DNA of 64,000 nt from Catajapyx aquilonaris (Eukaryota), in NCBI GenBank assembly GCA_000934665.2, contig KZ538083.1:62001-126000 (forward strand), read 5' to 3'. The notes under the pieces are model-generated. The model was not told where the DNA came from, searched no databases, and worked only from the letters and a program-made list of their open reading frames with translations. Numbering within the stretch: position 1 is the first letter of the stretch; each line of letters begins with the position of its first letter. A program made the translations under genes and the position numbers. Positions 22,856-37,800 of the stretch are shown here, piece after piece.

Positions 22856-25800
22856 TCAGAAATCTTTGGTAAAATGTGTGTTTAGCAGTCCAAACTTGGA
22901 ATGAAAGTCCTCAAACGATGAGTAGCTCTTGCTGCCGAAGTACTTGGCCTTTGACTCAGTCCTACGAGAGTTCAGGTGCATATCATCATACGGGAATAGC
23001 TGCTGTGGCTGTTGCCTTCTGTTGCACGGGGGACTTGCAGCAGTTAGCACCCTCTGTCCTCCAATGGTAACAAAGTTCTGAAAATTCCTCCAGGTGCGGT
23101 CATTGGCTACTGAGTCCGACTGCAGGGAGTACCTCTTATCCAGCTGGGAGTGGAGCAAACGACCCAGAGCTGCTGGTTGCCCCTTGGCGACCTCCTGAAT
23201 GGAGGGGTCCTCCTTTTGTGGGGTCTTCTCATCATCTACATCTGGTGAGGCACAAAGACAGATAAATTACATTATCAGTCCTCCAGTCACACAAGCATAA
23301 TTTCATGTGATGAACCACTCATTCAGCCTGAGGAGGGACATTTGAAGTTATTGTGCTTTACTGTTGCAGCTTTAGCGCACCTGTCATACCTTTGGGAGCT
23401 CCTTCTGGTGGCACTCTCAAGAACTGCCAGGAGGTGTCCTTCCCTTCCTTGATGAGAGAGACCCTCTTTGCTTCCTCCTCGCCCCCACCTCCATCTCCTT
23501 TTGTTGGAGGCACCACTTCCTCCACAACCTTCTTCTCTGGCTCCTCCTCTGCCCCAGACACATGCCTGTGCACCACCTCATGCCCCCCACTGTCCACCAC
23601 CTTTCCATTTCTCGTCCCCCTCTGCTGGCCCGCTAACAATTGTCTCCACTGTGGCTTTTCTTGAGCCACTGTGGAGCTGCTTGTGTCCATGCTGGCTGCC
23701 CTTCCGAGGTTGTGCCTCCCACTGCTTCCCTGAAAGCAATATGTCACTTATTACATAATGTGTAAAAGTGGTCAAGCGTCATTTGTACCCGTCAAGCAAA
23801 AGTCAGGTTTCCATTATATAGAAATTAAAATGGCATCCATGTTGGGTTGCTGCAGGATGTTTAATGTCTGCATACTCAACAACTAACCTGCGAGTGTGAT
23901 GTGAGCGAGGTAGCTGAAGGTGGCCAGCCCCTCCGCTTCTTCCTTCTTCCAGTGACCAGAAGAGTGGTCCATGCAGATCTAGCCTCTGGATAGTGTAAGC
24001 AACGCACCACAAAGATGATGAAACCTTGTAGGGAGTTGCACAAGCAGAACAAGTACTGGAAGAAGAGTCTGGCCCCTCCAACAGAGAATACCCCAAATAT
24101 CCAAGTCACACCTAGGAGTGCCATCACTGTAAATGCCCCGCGGACCTGGAAGTGGAAGATATATTTGTCATTGCATGAGTGGGCTAAGGCAGACATTACT
24201 CGTACAAGTCCACTCACCTGTGCAACCCCAATTCCCTTCTCCTTTTCCACCCCAGTCTTCCCAGCTGCTCTTTTCTGGAACAGTACGCGGCTGACCAAGA
24301 AAAATACAACACAGTTGACAGCCAGCATCACGCAGCAAGGAGCCAGATATGCCAGGTAGTATGCATATGGATGTCTTGGTGACAGTAAGCAAAACTCTCC
24401 ATTTCCTCTGGAGTACCACTGGGGGCCAGATCCTACCGTTGCTCCAACCACAACCAAAGGAATACCCCATGCTGCTGCCAGCCTCTTGGCCATGAATCTG
24501 GTCTCAGCAGTTGCAAACACAGTCACCAGCATCTGGTACATATTGACTGCCTCCACCAGCATCCAGGCCAATGATGCTAAAACAAGATAGTGCACAAGAG
24601 CACCAGTTGCACGGCACCAAGGGCCATCTGTTCCTGGGAGAGACCCTGCCAAGAAGGCAGCATTGAGAAGCAGGAGCGCTAAGCAGAGGTTGAGTAATAT
24701 TTTTCCAGAGTGGTCACGATTTAAGCTGCGGAAGAGCGAATATGTTGCAATGGTGAGGGCAAGGCCTAATGTGCTTAGTCCTGAGCCAACATAGCTGATT
24801 ATGGATAGTATGTATCTGTGGATATATGGGGTTGAGTCATTGTCAAGTGGTTCAAGCAGAACTGAAAATGCTGTCAGATGATTTGACTGGCACTCTACGC
24901 TGGCTGTACCAGCGACAGTTGTGATGCCATCTGACTTCCACTGCCGCACCACCCCATCCCAGTACACACAACGTGGTGATGTTACAGCCAAAACTGGCAT
25001 GTAATACACCACTGGGTGACTCAAGTCTTGCACAGTCAAGTTGGCTATTTCTGCTACTATCACCTCCTGATCCACTGGTGGTGCTGGACCATATGAGGGC
25101 CAGAACAACTTGGCATTGCGGAATGAGAAGAACAGAAGCCGTGTGTCATTGCTGGCTGCCCTCAGCGCTTCAGATGGGATGATCATACCATGTGGTGCAT
25201 ATGGAGCTGATAACTCAATGTCAGAATCCAGCTGTGCTGAGGCTACAAGTGTCACCTGCAAATAATTTCAGACAATTGATTGTATAAAAGAATTTGGCAT
25301 TAGCATTCTCACTGAAAATACTCGAGAGGCAGTCAGTCACAACATGCATGAATAAATTCAGGTTTTGGTTACAGGCAGGGGTTGGCCACTCCTCTTGTAT
25401 AAGTGTAGTGTACACCTGACTGCACTGTGACATTATTCAATGCTGCATATGGAATAATTTTTTATAAGGCTGTTCTAGAGCTACCGAGGGAGCAAGTGAT
25501 TACACTACAATGATGTGTACACCTCATTACAGGAGTCGCCATTCTCAGTTATACTGAACCTTTGATTCTCTAACTATTTGAATGAATTTCAAGTACTATT
25601 CACCTTGATTGCCATGTTTGGCCAGATATTGGCAACTGACTCGTTGGAACCTAGTGGTACACCTGTAGCGTAATGGTGAACTGCATCGAGTATAATATCA
25701 CCACTGCCCTCCATTGCTGTGTGGTTGGCCTCCATCAGGCGACTCACAGCAGAAAATACTCGATTTGCCATTTTTGGATCACTAATGGCAAAGGACACCA

Positions 25801-28800
25801 GCTGAGAGACCCGTTGTGCTGCGCCATGCACCTGGGAAGGTCCCATGGCCAGGGGATCACCTCTGGTCATCTGCTCCAATCCACGTGCCATTTCCTCTGC
25901 CCGTATTCCACAAGCTGTGGAGTTCACCTCTCCCCAGTGCACCAGTCCACCTGCCCATGAGCAGACACGAATAGCATAGGGGACACCGTTTAATCTAGGG
26001 CGCAACTTTGAATTTCCTGGGCTGACTCCTGGGTGACCCTCAGTGCTCTCGCGGTATTCCCAGTCCTTGAGCCTCGCATGATCTTTGGCTGGATCCTGCT
26101 TTAAAATGCAACAGAATAGAACCAATAACAAGAGTGCATTTAATCAAGGGAAGACATTAGGTTTGTGTTGTATAAGTACGGTATCTAAAGAAACATGTAT
26201 ATCAAAATGTTGAATTTCTGTAAGTTGCACAGGATATAGATTTACACCACAAATGCTTCTTATAAAAGTCACTCCCATATATGCTTCTGCATAGACTTAT
26301 CTCTCTTCAATTTATTACTTCATGTAAACAAAAGAAATTTACTCTATTACCTCACATGAAGTGGCATGCCATTATACAGTAACTCGGGGGTAGCCGGCAT
26401 GCCGCAATTTTAACCGAGGTAGATTTCCGTAATTTAGATCCTTGTAATTTTTTAATGGAATGCTTCTAGTTCATACTGATATTATGTTACGATCAAAATG
26501 GGCGAGTGTGCAGGCTGTGAGAATATGCAAGTTCTGTTGCACAGTGCATATAAAAAATGAAGACTGTGTGACCAATCCCATCGTCAGCCTGCTTTTAAAT
26601 AGAGATTACTGCCAGACACTGCAATTGAAAACAATATATTTGGAAATGTGCCTTTTCTATAACCCTTACATGAATTTCAATTTTCAGGCAAATGTCAAGT
26701 TCGGATGTAATGTATGTGAAAACCTCGCTTTACACTGGCATACCTCGCCCTATACCGGCATGCCGGTATATCCACCAGATCGTGCATTTCTAAAAACAGG
26801 TCGACCTCGGTTACACCTACATTCCGCTTTATGTGAGGTAATACAGTATTATTCGTAGCCCACAAATTGAGAAATAGCATATTGTAAATTATTTTAAGAA
26901 CTGGCATACACAGGGAAATTCCATATTTTTCTATAAATACTGATTAGCCACAACTGCTTGCATAATTTCAGGATCATGAACAGTAGCAGTGCTTCTGACC
27001 CTTTCTGATGCATCAGCCCTTCTCCCTGGCCTGATTTTGACTCCTCTCTTCCTCCTGGCTGGTGGATTTGCCCACTGGAAGAAGCCGCGCTGCCCCAGAG
27101 CACCGTTCAGAGTTGTCTGCACCACATCTGAGGGACCGATGGACTTGCTACCAAATGGACAAGGCTGCCTCACAATGCTTCCATGTTGTGTTTTGGGCCA
27201 AGTTAAGGTGCCATAGGGTCCAGTCACCATCTCCTCAGGACAGTTGACTAAAAAAGAGTCGGCAATGAATGAGTGAGTAAACTGATAATTGTTGCATAAT
27301 CTTGGATGTCTCATGTGCTGTACAGTTCTATGTACACTATCTGTTGGAGAGATAATTATGTGATCAATACCATTAGTACCAGCCAGCTGTTCAACAGCAT
27401 TAGTACATTGCAATTTGCAGTGAACTTACGTGATTACTTCCTGCGGTCAACAATTTATTACCCAGGCACTACTGGGATAGAAGAGTGGATTGATGTCTTG
27501 AAACCTAACAAATATCTGACCTGTCTATGCTACAGATTCCTACAGTAGTAAATGTGACTGTAGTTACTTGTATTAAATGCACTGAGCATTGGGACCGATT
27601 CACTCACTGCACTGCTCAACATTTGCCTACTCTTGTTAAGTTAGAATGTCTAAACTTGTTAGTAAGGTTTTTGAGAGGCTAATTACCGCAATAGTAAGCA
27701 GTTCAGGATGCAAATGACTTCCCTCTGGGTGACATACAAATGTTCTACAAAAATTACTCCTACACCACTCCAACAGCATTGACAATGTGCTTAGTTACTG
27801 ACCATTTCATCACAATCTTAATACTTGGACAACATGGTTGTAAGGAATTTGACCATTATGTCTAAAGTAGCCTAGTTTCTATATAATGAATTTCATCGAC
27901 ATAGCCTATGTACATTCCCACATTATTTCTCGGATCCGTGGGAAAAAGAGCATAAGTCAAAAAATGTGCAAATTGAGTTATGTGTTGTGTTACGGTCACA
28001 AGGAGTCCCTCTTGATTCTCCCGGAAAAATGTGCGAGCAAGGGTATATCATCTTATCAAGGAGATCTTGCTCGGGAAGAGAGGTACAAGTGAAGTGATTC
28101 CCAGCGCTGGATTTACGGCAAGGCAACCTAGGCAGTTGCCTAGGCGCTAGGGTGGCAGATTTCAAGGAGCAGCAAATTAAGGCATACAAAAACCTAAATG
28201 AAGAATAAATAATTACGCGTCTGGAAGCAGCACCGGATTTACCAGTAGGCAGAGTAGGCAATTGCCTAGACGCGGCAGCGAGGTGCAATAAATCTTTTTC
28301 AAATAGTCTACAATAATAGGAAGTAAAGGCGAAATCATTTAATAATTCAAAATTTTCACAGGGGGATTCCCAGCACTGAACTTGCCACTAGGCAGTAAAG
28401 CCTACTAAGGCCAGTCGCCCTCCACGGGGCAGCCATAAGTTGCAATTTAAATTTTTAAATAAAATGAAATGAAATGGAGAGAACTCCAGAGAAAAATTGA
28501 ATTTTTAAGCGTCATGGTGGGGGCGGATCTCAACTGCCTAAGGGTGGCCGGGGTGGGGGTAAATCTGGCACTGGTGATTCCATCCAACTTCGTAATGCAG
28601 GATAAACATTTTGCACCAAAAAGTACTTGTGTCATTGCCATGCATGTTTTCTATAGATTCTGCGCATATGCGAAAGGGCATATGCCATAATGTGATCGAA
28701 TTTCAAAATGGAACAAGTCATGTTTTCTAATTTTTTGGTGCATTTGCCTGTTCCATGTATTGTTATGTGATGATGCATGACCTAGAACCACACTTGTGCA

Positions 28801-31800
28801 GCAGAAATGCCAGTTCTGGACAGCATGCTGGCCTACATAAAATGTGTAAAGTCCAGTGTTTTAGAAAATTTGCTTTCTTGAAAAAAATTAATTTTTTGAC
28901 TTATGCTCGTCTTTTACCCGCGCATCCGATATTTACAGAAAAGATTATTGTTATTGTGTTACTTGTTAGATGAAAATCCACCATTCCCTTTTTCTACCGT
29001 CAATCCCTACTGTGTACTATCGTGTGCCACACACAAAGTGTCACTTCCCAATGAACCTGAATGACTAATATATTGTACAGTTGTCCTCACACTGAATTGA
29101 TGAGATAGTTCTTGACTAATTTTGAATCACGGTTGACACTTGACCTTAAATATTCTTGGAAGTTACATACAGCCTTCTAGAGCGATCTAGAGTGCCTACC
29201 TCACTTCTTGGACCCAATGTTCATAACTCATTCCCCTCCTCGTTTTCGCAACAATGAGACAATTCAGTGGGAGCCAACAGTGCAAAACACAATGTAGCTC
29301 AAGGGAAGAGTCACTTTGCAGCAGAGCACGCACTACAACCATACCTTTCTGTTCGCAAAGTTCCCCTTCAAATCCCAGAGTGCATCTGCACTCAAACTGA
29401 TTGGCATTGGGGGTGCAATTGCCCCCATTCTGACAAGGACTGGGCTTGCAAACTTCTGCAAGAATTTACCACATTTTTGATCTTCATTCACACCAATCCC
29501 CCCTCTTCCGCACTGCAAGTTGAGCACAACTCCACTCACCTAAGTCTACCTCACATTGTTTGCCTGAGTATCCAGGGGGACAAGTGCAGTGGAAACTGTT
29601 GACTGCATCACTGCACATGCCTCCATTCTTGCAGGGAGATGAACTGCACTCGTTGATTTCGGCTTCGCACACCTTACCTGCAACAGAGTAACAGTACGAA
29701 TGCCAGCTGTAATTGCTGTCAGACCATCTCATTACAAAATGCTCACCTTCAAATCCAGCCATACAGATGCACTCAAAGCTTCCATCCTCCCTGTAGATAC
29801 ATTTCCCACCATGCTGACAGGGTGAGGATTGGCACTGGTTGTAGATCTCACAAGTGGTCCCTGAATATCCACTACGGCAAAGGCATGTGAACTGATTGCT
29901 AGTCATGCTCAGGCAGGTCCCTCCAGACTGACATGGGGATGGGGTCATGGCACAGGGGTCAAACTGGGAGCAGTTGGATCCGTAAAAGCCTGCCAGGCAC
30001 TCACACTCGTAGGTCACGTCACTGGTGTTCCGACAAGTCCCATAGTCACTGCAAGGATTCAGGAAGCAAGGATTTCGCCTGTCACAGTCAGAGCCGTAGA
30101 AACCAGGTGGACAGATGCAACGATAGCCAGGTTTGGTTGGAGTTGGAACACACTCGCCATTCTGGCAAACCTGTAGCTTACAGTCTGAAATAGAGTCAAA
30201 GCAAAAATTCAATTGATGACGTTATATTTGAAAATATTCGAGCCGAGTTGTACTTCTTTCCTTGACCAAAAACATTCAAAACTCACAGTCAGCTTTAGTG
30301 GTGTACTCAATGATTCCGCTGGCCATTCCTACTTCCCTGGCATTCCAAGCATACACACTGAATTCATATTCTGTCCAGGGTGCTAGCCCACTGACATTGA
30401 GGCACATTCTCCTGTCCTTGGTTTCCACGAGTCCAGTCTCCCCTCCTTTATTGCCGATTGAGGATGTCGCATTGACCCTTGCCATCAGTCCATGTGCCTT
30501 TTCCCTCACTTGCAAAAGGTAGCCCAACACTGTCCCCAGCCTAGGTGCTTTCCAGCATGATAATGCCCATGTGTCTCCTCCACTAACCACCTTAAGTTCC
30601 TCTGGCATTGAGATCACTTTCACCTACAGTAGGGGTGTATGCATTAGTATTGCATTAGATGTGCTCTAACTAATGAACTAATTATGAAATTTATTGTCGC
30701 GACTAAATTGACTATTTATGAATTATGAGAGTATTGAATATCTACCTGCACTTCAAGGGCAGCCCTGGCCCTCCTCAGTGGTGAGCCTCCATCCTCAGCA
30801 ACAGCTACCAGACGGAATAAGCGTGACTTTGGTTCGAGGTGCCTGCGCAATGTTACAGCTCCAGTTTTCCGATGAATCTGGAAGAGACCAGTGCTTCCCT
30901 CCTCCACCAGGCGATAATAAACCTCTGAGTTGTAAGACACCGCATCAGCATCTGCTGCCCGCACATGCACTATGGGTTCTCCCAGGGGCATCAGGATGTG
31001 AATCTCCTCCCTGCATAAAAATAAAGACCAATAGTAGCAACAATAAGTACCGTGGCAAGCAGTGTGGGGAAGGACTCACCTGTACAAAGTTGTTTCAAAC
31101 ACAGGCGGATACATGTTGTACTCGGTGACCCTCACTTGCAGCGATTCATACTCACTCACTCCCTGGTTGTAAGACACCACAATGATGCTGTAGGTGGCGT
31201 TCAATGGCCTGTCAATATTCCTGCGCAAGAGTGAAGTAGTTAAAAAATGGTGGAGCATAGGATAAGTGTAAATTGATGCTTGATAAAAATTTATTTATTT
31301 TCTCAGCCTACACCTAAAGGTCATCTATAAAGTGCAAAAAGTGGGAGTGCACACATGTTTGATCAGGTGGAGGTGGTCTCAACTGCTGTAGAAAATTCCC
31401 TGCCATCTCAAGCATGCGGGAACTCCAACTTTCGTGTACTACTGTACCTGCTTGCTAGAAAAATGACCTTATTCATTACACCTCCTGTAGAGATGAGAAC
31501 ATCAAAAGGATTTAAAAGATTTCAATCACGATGAAAGATTACTGTAACAATGCTGCTGCTTAACCAATGAGTAGATAGCCAAAGACAAATTGGGTGATCA
31601 AATCGGCTCATTCTGCCTTGAGAGGCTATATAATCACATCAGATATTGGTGGGGGTGTATTACATAATACTTCTCTCAAACCATTAAGGCCAAATTAATC
31701 AAAAGACTCATCGACTTCAGTCCAGCCAATCAACGAAACCTTTTCCCAATGAAACCCCAAGTGATTTTGTCCGATGAAATTTTGCAAAGGCCCAAAGACT

Positions 31801-34800
31801 GTTCAAGTTGCAGCATATATGGAGGATTTATTCTTGCTGTTATAATAATGTTTCTTGTTGGCAATAATTTTTAAGATGTCTCGATCCATGGTTTGGTTTC
31901 TGTATGAAATAAGGGACAATATGGATGAATATGGTTTGTGCGGCCTTCATGTAGCCTACCTGAAATCCTAATTGTCTACTTATCACTATCGTACTCATTG
32001 GTCATGTAATACACCCACTTTGGGAAATACGCTCCACCTGTCAAATGGGGCACCATCTTTGAGCAGGAAAAGCATCGGATCAGACATGCCCTACTGCCAT
32101 ATATAAAAAGAATTCACTTTCCAGCAAGCTTTCCAGAGCATATGCAACCTCATTTAATTATAATGAATACCTTTTGGTGGTAACATCCCCCGTGTGGGCA
32201 TCGATACTGAAGAAACCATGGTCTGCACTCTCGTGGATGCGGAAGACAGGAGTGGCTGCTGCGGGGCCATCCGTGTCCCCGACCACCACCCGGGTCACGA
32301 ACACCCCCGAAGGTGCCCCTTCATAGATGCGGGCTTCGTGGGCCACCGGCACGAACTCCAGTCGCCCTGAGGATATATTCAACCAAAATATTACAACATG
32401 TTCCTATATACTGAATATGTGAAACATTAGCACTAAAATAACCAGCATATATGGAGCAATACAGTTCAAAGATATGGTAATTTACACGCTGGTGTTGCAA
32501 CAAAGTTTAAAAGTATACCGGTCTATTGTCGTCTCTTTTGAACTGGGTTGCTCATTTCCTTTCAGCTGATTTCACTTATTGTGTTTAGTCCTTCGGAAGC
32601 ATCAATAGCGAATCTCAAGGCTGTTCGAAAGAATAACCTCTCTGAGCCATTTGCATGAGTGCATCTGATTGTGGCTGGGTGCATTATGTGACGTGTTTTG
32701 CCTGTTATTGTCAGGCGTCATATAGATAATAATAAAAAAAGGACGAGTATTTGTGACGACTAGACGGTTTGGGAAAAGGCATTTCCGACGCAAAATCATA
32801 ATCGGGGAATGGCACTGACGTCACAATGACCATTTCAACAATTAAAATGTGACGTCAGTCTAATACTAGCCGCATATTCAGCCAATTAATGCATTTCCTT
32901 ACAAATGAACCGCGGTACATCCTGCAAACGATACGCGAGCAGCCGATTAAATTACAAGTGCAAATTACTCATACGCCATTCTCACCACCTTTCCTCGCCC
33001 AAGTGTTCGGTATGATGAATGGAGCGCAATTAAAACCTTTCAGCCCGTACAATTTTGTACGCGCAAATATTGGTGATTAAAAAAACTGGGAAAACGGAAG
33101 GAAGCAAATGGCCAAAGAAACGGTGCGGAGAAAGCCTTGTTCTCACAGTGCCTTTTCCGGCCTGCGACGTGTACAGGGTCCGTTATCTGAGCATCTTTGC
33201 AACCATCCCCTGCACTTATCATTTATGCAAAGGAAGAAAAAAAACAACAACATGAAGTTTCTCAAAAGATGATCACTTTCTCCTCCGATTCAACAACAAA
33301 AAAGCGTGCAAAAGACTGCTCCATATTTTCTCTCACGTAATTCCTCTGGAGGGTATGTGACGTGTCCTCTCGAGATTCTCTTTAAGAATTTCGAGTGTTT
33401 TTTTCCGTCCTTGGAACCGACGAACCGCGCTAAATACCAGAGGAGCCGAGATGTGTTTGTTTTTTGGTCGGGAAGCCATGCACTTGGTGCACCAGAGAAA
33501 CTGAAGAAGAAGAAGAAGAAAAAAAAAGCTCTGCATCTTTCAAGAACTACAAACACAGAACAAAAGGCAGTGATGTTGCCGTTGGCAAGGTTCTTTTTCT
33601 TCGTTACTGGTGACACCGGTGGCCTTGCCCTCCGTTCCAAATCGACTTCTTCCTGTTGCCGTATTAGGAGGCGCTTAAAAATTAGCGATTGGTCACAATG
33701 CGTGGTGTTGAGACAACTGGATTGTTCCAGTCAGAAGAGAAGGGCAGATATGTCATTAATAAGTAAAAATTGTGATTTTTCACTAGCGAGTTTCTGTAAC
33801 CTGAGAAGGGTAAGTGATGTCACAGGGGGCAACAATGGCTTTCAACAATAAGTAGTAATTAAAGGCGTGTGATGTCATACTCTTCCGTGGTTGCAGCAAA
33901 CTGTGAGACTTACCTTTCAGGGTTGAAAAAATAGCCTTGTATGGACAGAACAAGTAATTTACCTATGGGGCAACTTGTTTACGTCTAGTGGCTTAGATCG
34001 ATCACATCTAGCCATAAGTGTGGACATAAGAAGTAATTTGTTTATGCCAACTTCTTACATTTTCATGGTAGTCACCCAATATGTATACGATATCCGGTAT
34101 AGGCAAGGGTTGGTAATGTGGGAGTAAAACATGCTAATTTTTTGTGACCTTAAACTTCACAGAAGTGAAGCATATAATTATGGTGGGTTGCATGTTCAAG
34201 AGTAAATCCAAAGCAAGTGATTACTTCTTTTCTCATTAGTAATTGCAGACTGTAACATTATTCGAAGCAATACTGTAACAAGGATCCACATTTGCTTGGG
34301 TATACATACATACAGGCCACTGATACAAAAGCAACAAAGGGTCACTTTCTTTACTGATCCATATGTGCAGAAGTTTTAAAGTGCAGCTGCGCCATTCAAC
34401 AGCAATAATAACCTGCTGTATACGGTCCACGCATCAAGATCCAATAAGGAAAAAACAATGTTTCGATGAAGATTTACGACACCAGCACCACATAAAAACT
34501 GTTACAAGCTGCGCACCGGATCGTTCATCACAAAAGATGCTAACAGGATCACTTCCCTGCTTTCTTTACTCGATGGACCAGAAATTAGCCGGGACTTCGG
34601 AGTTTGTTTTTGGTGGAAAAAGAAAAGGAGGCTGAAGTCCACGAGGCGTGACTTCCTACATGTTCATATAACAGCGCTTTAACCGCGGACCTGCATTGTT
34701 GTGCATTGTTCTACCAGAAGAGTTACACCGAAAGGGTTAAACGCGTGTTGCTCGGATTATTTGCGGCAGTGAACCGTCTTTTAAAATTGAATTTGTCATG

Positions 34801-37800
34801 TAAGTATATTCAAGTAAATTTCAGTATGAAATACAGTATATACCCTCTATAATGTGTGTAATTGCATAATATGCTAATTATTGAAATAATTTTAAAATGT
34901 ATTTGTATGATGTAACAATATGTCCAGTATGCCTATATGGGCATACTGGACATATTGTTACATCATACAAATACATTTTAAAATTATTTAAAATTAGTAT
35001 ATATAAATATTATAGTAAATATTTATAAAATGTTTTCAATTCATATTCTATACTATGTGTAGACATGAAATTAATATAAAACCATTGTAAATCTACATTT
35101 TAAATGCATTTAAGTATACATATTGGTATTGTAAAATTTAATGCTAGTCAATACAAGCTACATAAATAAAAAAAATACGGGGCGCCGCTGCATGCAGGTC
35201 TGACAGTATAATAGCCTAATATAGACAATTTTAATGAATATTAATATTTAAAAAACCAGAAACCGGATAAGGGTGATCGGGGCAGTTCACACAAAAAGCT
35301 GATGTCATTCACAGCTGTTTGTTCTCTGACACAAGCTTGAAGGATGGTCCAAGGGCCCGTCGGCAAGGACGCGCCTGCTATTACTTTCCAGCAACATCTC
35401 CGGTGTCCAAAAATAAAAATCTGCTCCTCCAATCATCTTTCTCGTTATGAAGCAAGGATACCTCCATTGTACGGCCAGACTTGATGAGGAGAGGGAGACA
35501 CAAGATGTGTCGCAAACGGTGTGCCTTGATCAAACCTATCCGTTTGTTGCTTTGACCCTCAGAGCTTTTCAGAGATCCCCATCTGGCAGAGGCACACAGG
35601 AATAAACGTTTGGATGTCAAGGTTGACCTTAGTTACTTCAGATCCGAGGTGAGAGATATTTACGGGGGCCGTCGACTTGCCAGTCTCTGTTTGGCCGTCA
35701 ATGTCAGGAAATTTCTGGCGCAGAAACATTGGTCGCTGGGCATCGTCACGAACAGCTGCAACCTCCCCTTGACGCCTTGCGGCCAGCTACAAAGGCCAAC
35801 AACCATCAACAATCCGCCTTTTTGTTGTTCATCGCTCGCTTTCCAAATTCAGACCAGGATTTCGGAACTACCGATGAAAGGCAAAGCAAAGGTGACCGCA
35901 ACGGAATTTCCGGCCCCAGAAGCCCAACGAACCCAAAATGTGGGGTTCACCAAAAATGGCTAGTATAACAATGTTCCTACATGTGGGTGCCTGAACCAAT
36001 TTTCCTCTTATAAGACAAAATAGTGCCAAATGACATCACCATTGTTATTTGGCATTATGAAGTCGACATAATATTTTAATTGTTAATTGTTTTTTGTTGA
36101 AAATTATAGCACCATTTTTCTCTCTCTCCACAGTGAAAACAGGGCCATACCGAGCTCACCCGTCCTGAACCGAATCGAATCCGGATCGCAAGCAAAAATG
36201 CTTAGAAATCTGGAAAGCTCGCATTTTCACCAATTCATCTCCCGGATCGTGAATCAAGCATGTCCAGCGTAGTAGTAAAAGTGCGTGACGTCAGCAGATG
36301 CCATACCCGTATACCAGGGCGGGGGGTACATGCTTCATTTTCGCCTCCATTCAAAGAGAGCCCAAATGGGAACGACTCACGCCAAGGTTGCGGCTCAGGA
36401 AGGTCGTTCCCATTATCGCCCAGCACTCAAATTTACTCAAAAAATTTTGTTCGGATCTTCCATTAGGGGTAACCCGAGCTGGCGGGTAATTAACCCGCCG
36501 GAAGAATCCAGGTGATGCACTGATATACAGCTCATTAACGGGGCTTATCAGGTGCGCTTTCTTTTATAGACTATTGTGGGGTGTACTACCGATAGTGTCA
36601 CACCTAGCAACCCCGCCCAAATGGGTTGACATCTTAGGCTTGGTTGCATTAACACAAATTACAAGAGAAAAATATCCGATTATGTATAGATATTCGCAAC
36701 TACACGTGTGTAGTTTCGCAGCTCATTAGATGATTAGCCGGTCCTGATGCATGAGATAAATAATTAGAGGGTAGGTGGTTAATCAACGTTTTTGGTTGGC
36801 GTATATCATGCGAGGACTCCTCCCTTTTGCCATTCATTGCTGGCGATCAACCAGCCGCAGGAAGTCCATTTAGTTAAACAGTCGGAAATCACAGGTTTTT
36901 CCTATTAGTAGCACAAGGACCTCCCCAAGACAACAGCAATTTCCGGTACTTTCTCAGGGGAGGACCCCCGAAACGCCCTATGAATTTTGGCAATTTCGCA
37001 CACCTAACATTTCCACCTTCTACACCAAGTTTGCCACTTTACCTAAAAACTGCCCTTAGCACAATAGGGCATATAGCTACGGACTACTTAAACATCTATT
37101 GTCCCTTTCCCAATAATACGGTATTCCATGGACCCCATTTGGGCCGCAACCCCAACGTTCCTCCAGGTGTGGCCCCTCTCCAATTCATTTCGGGACGTGC
37201 CGATTGCAGCCTATTAGATGACGAGGAAGTGACGTTGAGGAATTCGGGGCTCTATAGAAAACTCGTGAGAAAGGGTGCCCGAAAGGTCGCGTGCCCCGGA
37301 GAAAAGACGAGCGGGAAATTGGCGGATCACAATCATCGGGCCGCGCGAATAAAGGTGGGGTCGAGCCTGGAAAAGGTCACCGTGTGAATGCCCAATCACA
37401 TCGATCCTTCCCGTTTGTTGCAATGAGCTGTTCCAATCCAAGGAGGAAACTAATTTCATAAATCCGGTTGCGCTAATCCTGACTGTTACATTAACCTTTC
37501 ACAATATTCCTCTGAGGAACCGCATTAATCATCAATACCCATGATCATCAACGAGCACAATTTTTTTATAGAACGTAGATTATTACTGCTATAACTACAG
37601 TTGAATCCGGATATAACAGCCTCTGCTATAACAGACATTCGGTTATAACATACTATAAAGGCCGGTTCCTGCATACTTCCATAAGAGCCTGTGCATTTTT
37701 ACTCCTGATATAATACTCATTTTCACCTCACCTCGGCTGTAACAGACAATTTCTTGGCTCCTTGATGGTAAAATATGTTTTTTTCTGACATATAATGGGC

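Noticed and set aside
26376..26815. Possible MITE with CCGGCATGCCG palindromes
   Set aside because: The repeated motifs are not arranged as terminal inverted repeats and no TSD was found.
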